NCBI GenBank assembly: GCA_003693705.1 | Contig: RBZT01000705.1 | Coordinates: 79,356 to 143,355, forward strand | Direction: 5' to 3' | DNA length: 64,000 nucleotides | Source: Polymyxa betae A26-41 | Taxonomy: Eukaryota > Protista > Endomyxa: Phytomyxea | In this document: positions 1 through 15,121 of the stretch, one piece after another | Layout: the number at the start of each line of letters is the position of its first letter | Position numbering within the stretch: the first letter of the stretch is position 1 | Notes under the pieces: model-generated | What the model saw: the letters and a program-made list of their open reading frames with translations, nothing else | What the model was told of the DNA's origin: nothing | Databases searched by the model: none | Translations under genes and position numbers: made by a program

Positions 1-1992
1 CCCAAGAGCCTACCGTGGGCGCTGCTGTTCCCCCATTAGCACCGCTCTCTGCGCAAACATCATTGCAGCTGGATCAAGCTGAAACTAAATATAATCATTT
101 TGAACTCCAGCATCAAACGTCTTTTACAAAGAACGATTCACTTTCGACCCGAGATTCTCACCTGAGTATCATCAGTGGTGAGGAGGTCGGTAATGTTGAT
201 AATATTAAGGTCTGTTGATCGTTGTTGTCTTCCTCTTGGTAGATTCATAATACCTTTTAGTCTGAGTCCCAATGGCAATCTTCACATGAATCCAAATCGG
301 AGATTACAACAGAAATAGAAGATAGTGAGAAGGTCGAGCCAATATCGAGATCCGATGTCGCTGACTACATTACGCAAGCTATTTTTTGCGATCTTGTTGC
401 AGAATTGAAGTATCGCGAACCGAAGGCGTCAGAGCACAGCACTGATGCTCCTTCGAGCTATCTCGTTGCAAATCCCCAGAATTGTAAACTGCAAGCTTCG
501 CCACCAGATTCGGGACCAGTAGAGCAGATCACAGATGCTATTTTGAGTGATCTCGTTTCAGAGTTACACTTCTGCGAACAGTATGCTCCGGAATCAGAGC
601 AAAACCAAGCAAAGGAGAGCACTTGCGCTATTTCAAGCTATCTCGTTGCAGACGTTGAAGATTGTGAAATGAAACCTCCGCCGGATTCGGATCCAGTTGA
701 GGAGGTCACAGAAGCAATTCTAAGTGATCTCATTTTAGAACTGCAGTATCGCGAACCGAAGGGTGCTCAAACAGAGCGGAAACAAACAAACGACAATACT
801 AATGCTATCTCAAACTATCTTGCGGGAGAACCCGAGGATTGCAAATTGCAAATTACACGACCAGTTGAAGAGGCGACCGAACCTATTACAAGGCACCTCG
901 ATAGCTATCATCAGCCAAAGGCTCCACAAGCAATGTTGAATCAAGCTAACGACAGCGATATTGTCAGTTATCTGATCGCAGAACCTCAGCATAGTCAACT
1001 AGATTCCTCGTCTCTGGAATCGGATCCAGTAGAAGAGGTCACGGACGCTATATTATGTGATCTCGTTGCAGAATTAAAGTTTCGCGATCCGAACGTTTCG
1101 CAATCAGAGCTGGAGCAAGCAAGTAGCGACACTATGGCTAATTCAAGCTATCTCGTTGCAGAACCCGAGGATCGTACACTGAGAGCTTCACGACAAGGAT
1201 CGGATGCAACAGAGGCGGCCAAGGATGCTATATCAAGTAGTCTCATTGCCGAACTGAGAGACGCTGAATCTGATACAACACAACCGCACTCAAATCGAGC
1301 AGAGGAAATAACCAATGCGATTTTGAATGATCTTGTAGGAGAGCTGCAAGATTCAGGTGAGAAATAATGTGACAGTTGATGGCTGCATTCATCTCATTAA
1401 TCTGCACATCTCAGTTGGTAAGAGCCTGGTTCATGAACCTGAATTTACGGTTTTTGAACCTCATGACCCTGAATGTGCTAAACTCTATATTGCACAAGTG
1501 CTACGTAATCAGCGCTTTATTGATTGGGCGAATCCCATGCTAAGCGAAGATACTCTTAACGCCGTTGAGAGACAGCTGGAACAGCAGTCCTCTGAATCTT
1601 CATCATTCCGGCGGTTTATTTTCGATATGTTGCAATCCGTGATTCTGTCGCTGCGCCGATTCGGTGGTGAAAGACCTCCCGAAGCCTGGCATCGGATGAA
1701 ACCAAGGTATGGATTATGATCTTTTCTAAGGATTTCATGTGACGACTGTCTTTGCAGGAAATTAAGGGACCACTTTTGGAGGCAGCCGTCAGATGATGAA
1801 ATCATCAAGGAAGTTCTTTTAAGAATATATCCCGATCCATCAACAACATATGACAATGTTGACGAAATCGTCAATGCTCAAGTCCAAAAAGAAGAATGGT
1901 ATTACGATGACCATATCGCAGAAGTCCAGTTCGAAATAGCAGACTTAATATTTACCGAGATTTTACAGGATAGCATTCAGGCGATGGTTTGA
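1..1992 (+). CDS. Large repetitive protein with C-terminal DUF4378-like helices (CEP350/CAP350-like), 5'-partial, spliced
   Basis: ORFs 405-1367 and 1357-1719 plus a last exon ending EEWYYDDHIAEVQFEIADLIFTEILQDSIQAMV* (TGA 1990-1992), resembling the DUF4378 C-terminus of CEP350-type proteins; GT-AG introns link the ORFs. Confidence 0.55.
360..1345 (+). repeat. Coding tandem repeat, ~55-60 aa unit, 5-6 degenerate copies
   Basis: Recurring SSYLVAEPEDC.L....SDPVEE(V/I)TDAILSDL(V/I).EL.YREP in ORF 405-1367; DNA recurrence of agctatctcgttgcaga and gtgatctcgtt. Confidence 0.85.
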
Positions 1993-2284
1993 TAGTCATT
2001 TCGGCTTGGTCTTTCATATTTATATAAATTATATCTCTATGCATTGTTGTCTAAATACATCCTGTTCATATTTGCCTGCACTTGAATCGGCACAGAATTC
2101 TTCCGAGGTGTTTGAGTAGGTCTAACCAGACTAACCTCAATGAAATGGCATCCACAATTGCAGCTGTCGAGGTGAACTGTGTAGTCAGAGTCCGTCTATG
2201 AATATAGACTATTGACATCATGTGGGTTCGAGATCGAGTACAGAGGCATTCAGGCCAACTGCTGAGTTTTTACAGAGAAACTAA

Positions 2285-4272
2285 ATGGAAAATCTATCAG
2301 AAACTGAACCAGTAATAGTGACGGCGAAACTTGAGAGGCAGCATACAGAGGATACCGTTTCAGAGCAGACGCTTCAGAAAATCGAGTCGCTTGAAGTGCT
2401 GGAAGAAGCCCTGACTATTGTTAAAGGCGTTAGTTATCCTTACAAAGCTTTATAAACATTCATAGTGATTAAGGTTTAGATTTCAGAACCGCGAATCATT
2501 TGGAAAGATTCGACACTCTATAATGAAAGACTATTGAAGAAAATCTTCAACGATGATATGGATGGCAACGCGAGAACAAAAACATTATATGCAGAGCATG
2601 AAGTAGAGCACAATTGTACCCCAATCTGACAATTCATTTGGCATCATAGCTTCGTCAAGGCCTTCTACGAGAGCACAAATATTCGGAAATCAAGAAAAAG
2701 ATCAACGAGGCATTCGATCAGAGAACACAATTACTACAGAGTATGTTCGCATCATAGAATCATGAGTGCAGCCATTGACCAGATGAACAGATTCCCCTAA
2801 ATACCAGTCGACCATTTTCTGTCCATTTGGCAGAGTTCTCGTCTTCCAGATGATCAACGATACAATTTTCACAGTCTTCAGTGATGGCTTAATAGGTTGG
2901 TAACATTACAGCCCAGCAGGGTCTGTCATTACTATACTCACAACATCATAGTCATTTATGAACGTTCGAAAGCATCCAGCATAGAGCCGAAAGAGATCCT
3001 GGCCATCTCTGAAGCATCGCTCGCCTGCGTCTGTACCCTTTCACTTCCTCAGAAGGCGCCACCCGAACAGGCTCCAGAAACTGACGACAGGACGATCGAC
3101 TTGTTTTTGGTCACTGAGGACAGCAAGTCAGAAAGGGAATGCTCGATTATTCGATGTTATTTAAAGGCAACTACCGATTCTGTCAGCAGAAATATTCGAG
3201 TAAGTAGCTGACTTAAAAGTCGCTTTACACAATAACATTTGTGGTCGCTAGCTGGAACGATTACAAAGCAGTAATGTATTCAAAAATGAGACATGCTCTC
3301 GCCCGAATCTCGCTGTTTACTGTCCAGCCCATCAATGCATTATGACAACACATGATAGGTCTGGACGTCCCTAATCTATTTTCGACATCTTCTAATCCTA
3401 TCTCAGCGTCGTATATTTGATTGCAATAATGCAGTCGTCATTCGAGATTCGAATACGTCTGGATTTGACAGCGTCATTGCGGCTTCCAGCGACGCCACCA
3501 AACCAAAGGGATATTCATCGAATTACGAGCATAGTCAGTCGCGGTAGCTTTTTCTATGCTAGCACATACAGTGGCACACTCACACAGATTCAAATCGGAA
3601 TTGGAGCTACAAGTCTACGTCCATCAATTCTGCAGCAATACGGGGCGTTAGAAACCCGGGCTATCAATTCAGACCGATTCCGAGGTGTCGAAGATGACAA
3701 AGCGGAAATCGAACTGGAGGTGACGAGGATCGTTGAAGAGAAGCAACCGATCAAGTTTTCATATGCTCCAACAACGATCTCATGTATGGTTCTATCAGGA
3801 TCGGAATCGATATACAGCGCTTGTGGCGATGGAACGATACGTCGGCAGAGTTTTAGCTCGTCCAATTCAGGTAAGAACTAGATAAACCTCGATGATAATA
3901 TAGCTGAGGATGGTTGTAGAGGATGAGCAATGCTTCCTAAAAAAAGACGAGTATAGCGACGCCGGATACCTTCCATCGTGTTTACAGATAGCGGTTTCTA
4001 AATCAGCTAATCTGGTAATCAGTTGCGATGCTAATAGTCGTCTCTGTATGTGGAATCTATCGACACAAGAGATAATCGGGATCTGCTCCATGGAAGGCAT
4101 AAAGAACCCATATAGTCTGCATCTGGATGCAGAAAACGATTCCATCGTTGTGTTTGCCTCGGAGATGATGATGTTTTGGAGGTATAATCACGATATCATT
4201 CCAGAAGCGGTAAGACAGGCTACGTCGCTTGACAGAGAACCGAGTTTAAGCCGATCCCGAACGCGACTATGA
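2285..4272 (+). CDS. Hypothetical multi-exon protein with WD40-like C-terminal repeats
   Basis: ATG 2285 opens MENLSETEP...; later exons contain IYSACGDGTIR and LVISCDANSRLCMWNL (WD40-like); several GT-AG introns. Confidence 0.5.
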
Positions 4273-4370
4273 TGGCAGGAAACAATCGATTTGTTCATTA
4301 TAAAATTGCATAATCGCATATGAATGATACCTCTTACGCTATCGCCTTATCAAGCTTTGAGTGGGTAAAT

Positions 4371-5287
<917 letters not shown>

Positions 5288-5381
5288 CTACCCTCTCACA
5301 TTTTTCATATTGCTTCTACAAATGATATAATAATCTGTACTGAGATGAATGTACCTCACACACCGAATGCCATGCCGTTTA

Positions 5382-5813
5382 TTACTTGTTCTTTTTGGAA
5401 CCATGAGCACGATTCTTGGAGTGGAATCTGGGCCACAGCAGTGCGATTAACGTGAGGACTCCCAAAACTGCATGCACCATTGCGACTTGATGGTAGATTT
5501 TTGGAAATTCTGCACGGCGACGAAGCATCCAAGCAAGCGTGGCCCCATGGTACCCAAGGAAGCCTATCAGGCTTGGCGTTGCTGCTGATTGCGGGGCGTT
5601 TTTGCATCCGGCAAAGATGGCGAAGAGTCCAGAAAGCGAAAGGGATGCTGTTGGCAGAGCCCAAAGTTGCAAACTTGTATTCGAATGCGATGCTAGCGCT
5701 GACAAGATCTCCATGCTCTTGTGACTAGGGTTGAATAGTCCGCAATAGGACAGAAACCCTTCGAATGCGACATTGACACATAAAATAGCAAGCGAGATCA
5801 GCGAGAACTGCAT
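5382..5813 (-). CDS. Small multi-pass membrane protein, unknown function
   Basis: Intronless ORF from MQFSLISLAILCVNV with 3-4 hydrophobic segments and a basic C-terminus. Confidence 0.5.
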   Translation of the reverse strand: MQFSLISLAILCVNVAFEGFLSYCGLFNPSHKSMEILSALASHSNTSLQLWALPTASLSLSGLFAIFAGCKNAPQSAATPSLIGFLGYHGATLAWMLRRRAEFPKIYHQVAMVHAVLGVLTLIALLWPRFHSKNRAHGSKKNK

Positions 5814-6009
5814 GAAGAACGTTGCAAGATCTCGACTTCGAACGAATTCAAACAATTGATAGTGCCGAAAAGCACGCGGGCTTTTTTAGTCTTTTTAGAT
5901 TTTTAAGTGGTTGGTGGTTGGCTGCGCTGCAAGCGATAACACAAATGATACAAAGCACCCTCAATAAAACTGCAACTTTATCCTAGAATTTCCTATCGTT
6001 TACAATCAA

Positions 6010-6555
6010 ATGACGATCTGGTTTTATTAATGCGCTGGCGAGATCATTCGCTTATGGTTGCAGGCTGGTAGTGTTCCAGATCGCATCAATTCGAGAGTTC
6101 AGAATGAATGCGCATTGTTTTGTAAATTGATTTCCCGAGACGAGCTAGAATGGCATTCGCTTTCGGTTTATATATGCTGACGTAGTTTAGTAATGTGAAT
6201 GCGAATTGCAGGAAAGAACTGTAAGCCTAAAGTTGGTACAGACACGTGTACATTTCATGGTCATAGCCTTTTACCAGCTTTTTGCTCAGATTGTATATCT
6301 TTGGTCATTGGCATTGGCAGCAAGACATCGCCGCTGATGTGCTTTTAGAGATCGCTCAGACTTCAGGACATGACAAAGGAATGTGCATATTCGAATGTAC
6401 CTCCTCAATTGGGGATAACCAGAGCAAAACTCAAGGTCGTACAGCTGTGTAGCAGCTTAACCCCAACTGTTGATTAACTCAAATAGAAAGTAGCGATTCG
6501 ACAACGTTGGTCACAAGAACGACCGGGTTCAACAAAGACCGAATCGAGGAAATAG
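6010..6555 (+). CDS. Possible small multi-exon gene, unknown
   Basis: Short exons separated by ~41-56 nt intron-like segments can be joined to ERTVSLKLIVYLWSLRSLRLQDMTKECAYSNVPPQLGITRAKLKKVAIRQRW...*; 5' end unresolved; no homology recognised. Confidence 0.25.
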
Positions 6556-6859
6556 GCGAGAGAAAACAAGTGCGTGAGTCGGACGTTAAGCAGGACTCGG
6601 ACTCGCGCACTTTGTTTAGCACACGCAGCGCTGTTGTCTGCGTTTAACTTACTCCTTAAGTAACATCATCATTGGGCCTGGCTTACTGCTGTGATCATTG
6701 CCCGATCAGCCAAGCGTCGTCTTCATTCTCTATCCTCCTTGGTATGCACGAGTCACGTCTCCATTGCTGTCTACCCTAACCTGCACACAGCGATCGCAGG
6801 CCGGCGACGGCTCGCGCCACAAAGTGCTCTATCTGAAAGCCTTTGCCGCTATCGATGAC

Positions 6860-9800
6860 ATGTTCGGCGTGATCAAAAACCGCCTATGTAAATATTTGCT
6901 GAAAAGGCTGTTTGGACGCTACCTGGATGAGGATCTGGACACTGTCAAGGTCATCGTTGAAGGCGATAATCTCGCTGTTCAAAACCTTCGTCTACGATCG
7001 GGCCCGGGCTCCCATCTGACCTATTTGGATTCTGCATGTGCCGATCTAGTTACAGTTCACATACCCTGGCGTAACCTACTTCGAGATGGCTGCAAGATTA
7101 CAATTTCTGGATTTGCTATTGAGATCACCAATGAGAAAAGCGATGTTAGCAGCAATCTAGCAGCCCTCGTTTCAAATCCGCGTTCTTCCTCACACGATCC
7201 TTACCTACATCGAGCCCTTCTTGCGATTTTCAAAAACGATTCTCAGGACGATGATTTGGACGAAACAGGAATTGACGAGTTGCCGATAGGCAGCAACAAA
7301 AAATCTCTAGATTGTGTGAGCGGTTACATTCGTCAAGTACTTTCCAAGACACATGTCACGATTACAGATATTCGCCTGAAAGTCCGACCAGCTCAAGACG
7401 TCAATTTCATTGTTGCAATTCCCAGGTTATGGTTTCAAGATGGTGTATTGGAATTTGATAAGGGCGCAACAGTGTACGAAGAGCGAGTCGCTGAGCCGCT
7501 TTTGGTTATTGGTGACATGGTTCGCGCTGAATTCGACGATTATACTTTAACGTGTGATATTGACGTTATTCAAGGCCGAATTCCAGTATCGTTGTTGCGT
7601 TTTTTTGCCATCCCTGCGGGCTCTATGCCTCAATCAGAAACTCGCTTTGAACAGCCTTCTTCGGAATCGAAAGCAATTGGAGATTATGCTAGTATCAGCC
7701 AGCTTAAGCTCAACGTACAAAAGGCTGTTGTTGTTCTCGATTCAAACGAAGCACAGTTTGGCTTTAATCTCGACAATGTGGACATCGATCTCGCTATAGC
7801 ACCAAAAATCGCTTTGCGCTCGTTTTCTATTGGTGTTGGCGAGATTATCGACGAAATTTGCTCCATTCCTGTCTTACAGTTTACGCCTCGCGATCAGCAT
7901 CGTAAACCCAATTTTCTGTTAAGATCGAATGGATTGGATTTGCAGCCCTTCTTGGTCTCAGCTGACATGGACACACTGTATCGGTTAAAAGCTCTTCTTA
8001 GGGAATCTCTTAAACAGATCCCGACTAGAAAGGCATTGTCTTACACGGATCAGAAATGCGGCGACTTTGTTGTATCAGTGATGGGACCGATCGTGCTACA
8101 TTATATTGGCTACCTTGAAGTTCTGATTGATTCGCCAATTGCTGCTGTGATTGGTGCAGACACGACTGTTCTCTCGATAGAACATTCTCTCATTGAGATT
8201 CGCGAAATTCAGCAAGGCCGCATCATGTTTTCTTCTACATTAAGCTGCTCTATACGGTTTCGCTATTTGAACGACTTGGCTTCGACGATCCCTGCCATCT
8301 TCCCGAATAAAAGACGAACGTCATCCCGTATCTATCAGACCGACGATTTTGTCTCCGATCGCGACGGCTTATTACTGCCTGTGTCATATAAACTTGCCTA
8401 CATGGACGCCGCCCAAATAACTGCATCTTGTCAGCTAGCGAACATCGAAGTCCATCTTAACGAGCACGTTCTGACAGGGCTCTACTCCGTCTTCCAGAAC
8501 CACTCCAGGAATCTTGCCGCAAGTACTGTCGATCTTAGCAATTTTTCATGCTCATGGGCGGTTTCCGCTAGCTGCGACGAAATGCGGGTGTTCTACACCG
8601 CGCCTAATTGTAAGTTTCTGCTGCTTGCTGAAAGCGGGCTCTCTGTTTTCGCTTCACCAGCAGCAGTGAGTGCATCTGTAAGCTCTTTGTCTTTAAAAAA
8701 GGATTCCGTTGCTATCGTTTCGCACTTTGCTACACCAACGAATTTGGTAAACTTCGCTGCATTCGAGGCATGGGCCCTTTGGAGAGAAGACCACGCTGAT
8801 GTTTCTGTTGCGATTCGAAATATTGTTGTCTCTTTGAATCAAGATGCATTCGACTTTGCTGAATGTGCATTATCTATTCATTCAATGACAACGAAATTGA
8901 GCAACAGGGACGACCCTGCCAATAGCTGCAGCAGCAGCAACAGGTACAACTGATTTCACAACGTTTTGTTATGCCAATCTGTCTTCGGTTTAATGGGGAT
9001 GATTGGGCTAAGAATGAACCAGGTGTTTTTCATTCCAAAGCAATGTCGAGGACTGCGCCATTCTGTTCTCGTCAGCAGATCCATCAGGCCCGCGGTTGAC
9101 GTTGGTCTTCGAGAAACTCTACAAAACTGTCAGCAGAGATCGTTTGAACATTCTGCTATGCGGCTTATCTCTGCATTTGATCGATCGGCTGCCCTCTCCG
9201 ATCACATTCTCCTCACATTGTGGTGACTCTCTGCTGGAATATCTGATCGATTCTGGCCATGTCGTCATTCTGTCACTAGACGTTGCCGAAGCTGATCAAC
9301 ATTTGTCAGCACTATCAGTAAACGTCGGTCATGTTGCTTTAATGACCTGCGCCGACACGCTAACGTTGACGTACCGAGCGGGCGTCGCCATCTGGGAAGA
9401 CGTTTCGCCCCGCTTACTCGCCATCACGTCGAACGGTAAACCTTTGGATGACAGGTTTTCCGTTTCTCAGAAGCATGCCGATGTTGTCTCACTGGCAGCA
9501 TCCCAAGTGTTGACGCGGAATAATGCTTCTGGAGGCCTTCCAGCTGTCCTAGACGCATTCGAAGGTAGCATCAGCGAGGCCCTAAATGTGGAATTAGACG
9601 ACTCTTATCTTTCTGATGAGCGCTCCACCGGACTAGGCCACGGTGCTCAGCAGATTTTGTCTGTCATCGAGGATTCATACGATGCCGCCCCTTCAGCAAC
9701 TCTACCAAATCGAAATGAGATGAAAGCTCTGTACCATAATACTGACTTCCGCATAATCGAATCCCATTTCGCTTCGATCGATTTCGAAGCGGGCAACGAG

Positions 9801-11701
9801 GCACCTTTCGTTGATCAAAAGATCGTCAGCTCTGATGGTAGCTTTCCAGCTCTAAAGCTGTCACTCAACCTACGAATCGAGGGCATCACGTTGAGGTTAT
9901 TCGGAGGGTGCGATTTTCGGGAACGAAGGAGCTTCAATCCTGCGTTCAGAAGCGACGGCCCTAGAACTGGGTGTACTGAGGATTATATGCAAGGCATTTG
10001 CAGGCCTCTTGAATCGAATTCGCCCGCTCCACCAGCTTCATATTCCTGCGTTAACGGTATTACCTCAAGATCAATTGAAGTGAATGTTGCATATGACTTG
10101 AAATTTCAGGCAGCGGTCGACATCGTGAAAGCGCAGATATCATTGAGATTGTCCTATCTGATTTGCAGGTTTCTCGCCGGTCGTATACTTTTTCAACGAC
10201 TGTTTCCGAATCACAAAAGTTTTATGGGACCCTTGCCAGTATCATTATCAATGACCATGTCAAGGACTCCCATTTCACAAAACTTCTCGGCCCGTTGGTG
10301 GCAAATCGTCGCAATGATCGTGTATTGCTTTGTCTTAACGTACTTAATGTCGAATCTGAATTTTTCCTCCTTAGATCAAAGCTCTGACCATCACCATCGA
10401 ATCTGTTAATGCAGCGTCCTACTGCGCTGAACATCGTGTCGAGATCCAGTTAGCTCCACTGGATTTGACATTAGATGGTGTAACGCTTGCATTCGCAATC
10501 CAGTTCGCTACCGGCATCGAATCAGTTTTGGAACCAGTTGTAGCGACACCCCTGGAGGATGAATTGGATACAGTTCAGGTTGTAATTTTGAGTAGTTTTC
10601 GATTATCTCGATTTCGATGTCGGTTTGAGCACATTTTGATCAATCTGCAGCCTTTCTGAAACTCATGTCAATATTCAGGTTCTAGCGAACTTGGACCCGA
10701 CAGTATATGTTCATTTCTTCGACTGTGCTACGACTGCTCTTAATGTCACCTATCGTCCTTCCAACGCAGATCTGGGCTGTATCAGTGGGCCTGCTGATTA
10801 CATCAAGCTGCTCCAATTGTATGACTGTTTTGGTTCATTACTATTGCATACTGTTCTATGTTGCAAAGCGACTCAATGGTAGAACCAGTACTTATTTTAG
10901 TTAGGCTCCCTGTCCAAGATGCAACATTCGTGTTAAAGCACGTGTCGTTACGGGGTCTTTCTGGCTATACCAGAGCAGTTTGCGATACAATCCAAATATG
11001 GGCTCGCGATATTGCTCGGAATCAATACCATAAGTAAGAACGCGTACAATGCTTCGCTCTGAATCCCTGTATATATGATGACTTAGATACCTTGGAAGCA
11101 TTGTTCCATTCCGCTCTATGGTGCGGTTAGGCAGTAGCGTCAGAGATTTGGTCTTCACTCCGATCTGTCATCGAATTCATCATATGGTTCCATCAAGCAA
11201 TTATCATCATCGCCCCAGGTTCGATACAAGGAGCGGGAATTCAATTCATGTTGCTCGCCAGTTTGGAACCGAAGCGGTTTCGTTGGCTGTTGTGATGTTA
11301 TCGGGAACTGAAGGTAGATTTTTTTCGTACGATTCATTGATTCTTGACTGCTAATTTCTGTAGTGATGTTGGATGCCGTTGAAGGAAGAGGTCCAAATCA
11401 GGTGTACGATCGTGAGCCTTCCGGGTTCTACGATGGTCTTCGGTGTGCGTTAACATCAGTGTCAGAAGGTGCTCGTTTAGCCAGCCATAGCATCGTTGGG
11501 GTGCCATTAAAAGAATGGCGCAAGCACAACGGTGGTATTGAAGCAATCCGGTCGTTCATTCGAGGTGTTCCTCGGGCTGTATTACAGCCGGCTCGTGCTG
11601 CTACCCATGCTCTTAAAGTCACCCTGCAAGGGCTCAAAAACACGATCGATGCGGACTCGGCCGAGCGCAGGCGGCGGGCACGTAGACGGCATAGACGGTG
11701 A
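6860..11701 (+). CDS. ATG2: Autophagy lipid-transfer protein ATG2 (spliced)
   Basis: N-terminal Chorein_N-like MFGVIKNRLCKYLLKRLFGRYL; internal LRLFGGCDF; C-terminal ATG_C-like PSGFYDGLRCA...IRGVPRAVLQPARAATHALKVTLQGLKNTID. Confidence 0.88.
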
Positions 11702-12009
11702 TGCTGAATGTCTTGAAACTCCATTTCTCCATCTGATCTTGTCTTTATCCGTCACTAAATGCCATGTTAATATTATTTATCAAACAGTGGAGAACACGAC
11801 CAGTGCCGACTACTGCAACTCCAGAGCCTATTTCGCTCGAAATGTGCAGTTTAGTATCAATTCTGTCCTATAGTTGTACCATGTCGATATGAAATCCATT
11901 CTCTCTCATGTCGTGCTGCCCTTTGCCTCGCAACTTTTCCCAGCGAGATTCAGCCTGCATTGTCATACCAGTATGATGATACCAATCACGTTGGTTAGAG
12001 AAGCCGGCG

Positions 12010-15000
12010 CTATCGTCCTGGTCGGTGTCTTATGGGGCTGTGAGAAACGCTAAGATAGGGTCTACCAACGGCAGCTGACGCCATCCTGATTGGCAGGCAC
12101 AAATCCGTTTCTGAATCAAAAGACAGGCGCGTCCGATTCAGGGAAGAAGACTGGATCGCGACTGTATCATCTGTTTGGAATCTTCCTGAACTGGAAAGTG
12201 AGTGGGAGTTCAATATAATTAATGAATAACTGACGGATTCTGTCTGAGTTTATTCTGCCATATCTCGTGAATCAGTTAGGCTCGGCTGCTTATGTCTACA
12301 CGTTGTCGAAATCTGGTTTGCAATTGGACTTTCGAATCTGCAAGATATCTCTGATATACGATCCACTCAGATATATCGATGTCATTGCCAATTTGCAATG
12401 CCCTCGCTGTCATATTTACAGTGATAACAAGCAGGCTAATAGGAGAACATCCATTATCGAATGGTAATTTGGTGCCTGATGTCACGGTCGCTTCTTGAGA
12501 TTTTTATTCAGAGGGGTTGCTTGGCGTTCTGCTTGCGATGTTGGGCATTACAATTTGCTTTTACGCCAAGCTTCAATAAACGTGTACATTTCGCAGAAAA
12601 AAGCAAAAGTCGGTAAATTTCGCCAATGGAGATTGTATTGAAAAATTCAAGCTGGTAGTTATCACAGAACAGCAGCTTGGAGAGCATTGTATTTACGTAG
12701 TAAAGCTTGATGCTCTGCCGAATCCGATGGTACTTGACATCGTGCCCCGATTAGCTCCAGGATTCGACCATCTGCAGGATGCTGCTCGAAGAATCGTTTG
12801 CTGTTGGCCGCCGGCATCGATGCAATCTGCCGGGACCAGCAATCCAGAATTTGACACAAAGCTGCATCTGATTCGTCGATCCTTCCTAAACACAGAATTC
12901 AGCTCAAATATCAAAATGGCAATAAAACAACGAGCCAATAAATGGTTTCAATTGAATATTAAATCTGATAGAGAGTATTACAATAAACGAGACCGTATTA
13001 TTTGTACCTAATTTCTCGAGAGCTCTGGCGACCTGATAATAGCCATCAGGTTGATCTGGGCGTAAGCGGACCAGATTGCGGAAACAATCGAGAGCCTTGG
13101 CCCATTGTCCATCGCTGACGAATAATTTGCCCCGAAGCAGATGCGCATTTGGCATGGAGCTGCCATCGGCACAGAGCTCGAGAGCTTTATCGCATTCTTT
13201 AGTTGCTTCGACCTACAAATAATATCTGAGAGCCTGATGCTGTCTGATCGTATGTCAAAAGGTACGAAATTGTTGGCCCGATAATGGCAAAGAGCGAGCT
13301 GGTAATGAATCTGTGAATCATGAGGCTGTAATAGAGCCGCCGTAGATAGCGATTTCAGTGCTCGCCGTGTATCATCGAGTTTCAGATAAACCCGTCCTAA
13401 TGCTAAATGGGCCTTCCAAAGACCCGGATTTGATTGAATGATCTCTTCATATACACGACATGCCTCTATAATTCATCAGATATCAGATACTCGTACAAGA
13501 GCCACTCTCTCAATAGCTACCAGGGATCCTATCAAGGCTATCCAACGTCTTCGCTAATAGAAACAGAAGATCGTAACGATTCGGATGGGTTGGATCCGCA
13601 TAAGGCAATGCTTCACGCATCCTGAATCAGAAACCATCACCGAAACGATCAACCGACGGCGGTCGTGCTGACCTCTTCACGGCCTCCATCCGATCAGTAC
13701 GGCTGCCATGCGTGACCAGATTCACGGCCAGATTGTAATGCGCTTCCAACAATCCTGGAGCGAACTTGATCGCACGACGAAAGTGTTCGTTCGCCTAATC
13801 GAGACGAGCGTTCGTCAGCAACAGCGTACTGGCCCCCCAGCAGAGGACGCGACCACGAACCTCTTTGATCTGTCCGCTCATCTGTAAGAGCTGGCCCAGG
13901 ACATTATGTATGTTGGGATTGGTCGGATCCAGCACGAGACAGGTTCGGAAGGCGTCGATGGCGGGTGCTCGAAGGCCTTGCTGGACGTAGCTTTGCCCGA
14001 GCCTGCGAGAGCGTTAGAGTGAGCAACTATTGAGCGAGAGAGAGAGGAGAGCCCGACTGGGAGATGGCGGCGACGACCGCGACCCGATCCTTCTTAGAGA
14101 GAGACGATGTGAGACGATCTGGTTGTGGGAATCCTTTCACAATAGAGCCAATAGCAGTACATGATACATGAGCGATATCCATATCCGGATTACGAACAGA
14201 TCCGATCAATGACGGAAGCGCGCCGACCTCGAATCTACGATGCAATTGAGCGCTGAGGCGAACGATGGAGACACAACTGCAGCTGACGCTCGAAGTTTGT
14301 GATCGGGACCGCTGCCACAGATGATGGTTAATGTCAGCAGGCTGTTCATGGCGATCTCTTTATTCGAATCCGAGACATTACTGGTGATCTGACGTAGTAG
14401 ACCGGGACATCCAGCAATGGCGCCCGTTAACGACGCTAAACAAAAAGTTAGCAAACTTTGTCGAGTTTTGAGAAACGATAAAATCTCAAGAGCACATCAA
14501 ATACTTTTTTATAAAAAAAATAAAAAAATAAAAAACCTGGCTAGATCAATGTTATCAACGGGTTCAGCTTACAGTTCTGAGCAACGTCCATGACGATGGC
14601 GGCGGCCAGACGACGAAGTTCGACGTTCTGATCGGCGAGGAGCGTTTTCAGGTTCGTGAGACCGCCCGAATAGACGATGCCTTCGCGAACAGCATCGGAT
14701 GCGGCCGCCCCCATCTGCATGGTGTTCAAGATGCGAATTCGGGTCTCCAGCGAATCCGCCTCCTGAAGATGCTGGAACAGGAGCGAGGCCGTCTTCTCGG
14801 GCGTCCCGAGATTATCGTTGATCAGATAGGCGCCAGCACCAGCGATGGCGGCCGCCACCGACCACTTGATCCGACGTCCCCAAACATCTATCATCGACGT
14901 TAAACACGAATCGCGATTCGAACGGAAACGAGACCTCGCGATTTTCGATGGACGGCGCCGGACGCGATCTTGCCGGCCTCGGCCGCCGTCTCAAGGTCGG

Positions 15001-15121
15001 CGGCAGATTTGTTCAGGGCGCCGGTAGCCGAGCTCGCCAGAAATCGGATCGGGTGGCGACCTTGTAGGGCGACCTGATGAATGAGTCGGGATCTGACCCA
15101 TCTGGTCATCATGGAAGACAT
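12010..15121 (-). CDS. ARM-like + TPR repeat protein with putative mitochondrial presequence and a TM anchor (spliced)
   Basis: Arg/Ser-rich acid-free N-terminus MSSMMTRWVRSRLIHQ; hydrophobic WSVAAAIAGAGAYL; ARM-like GGLTNLKTLLADQNVELRRLAA; TPR-like AHLLRGKLFVSDGQWAKALDCFRNLVRLRPDQPDGYYQVARALEKL; 3' end approximate. Confidence 0.65.
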
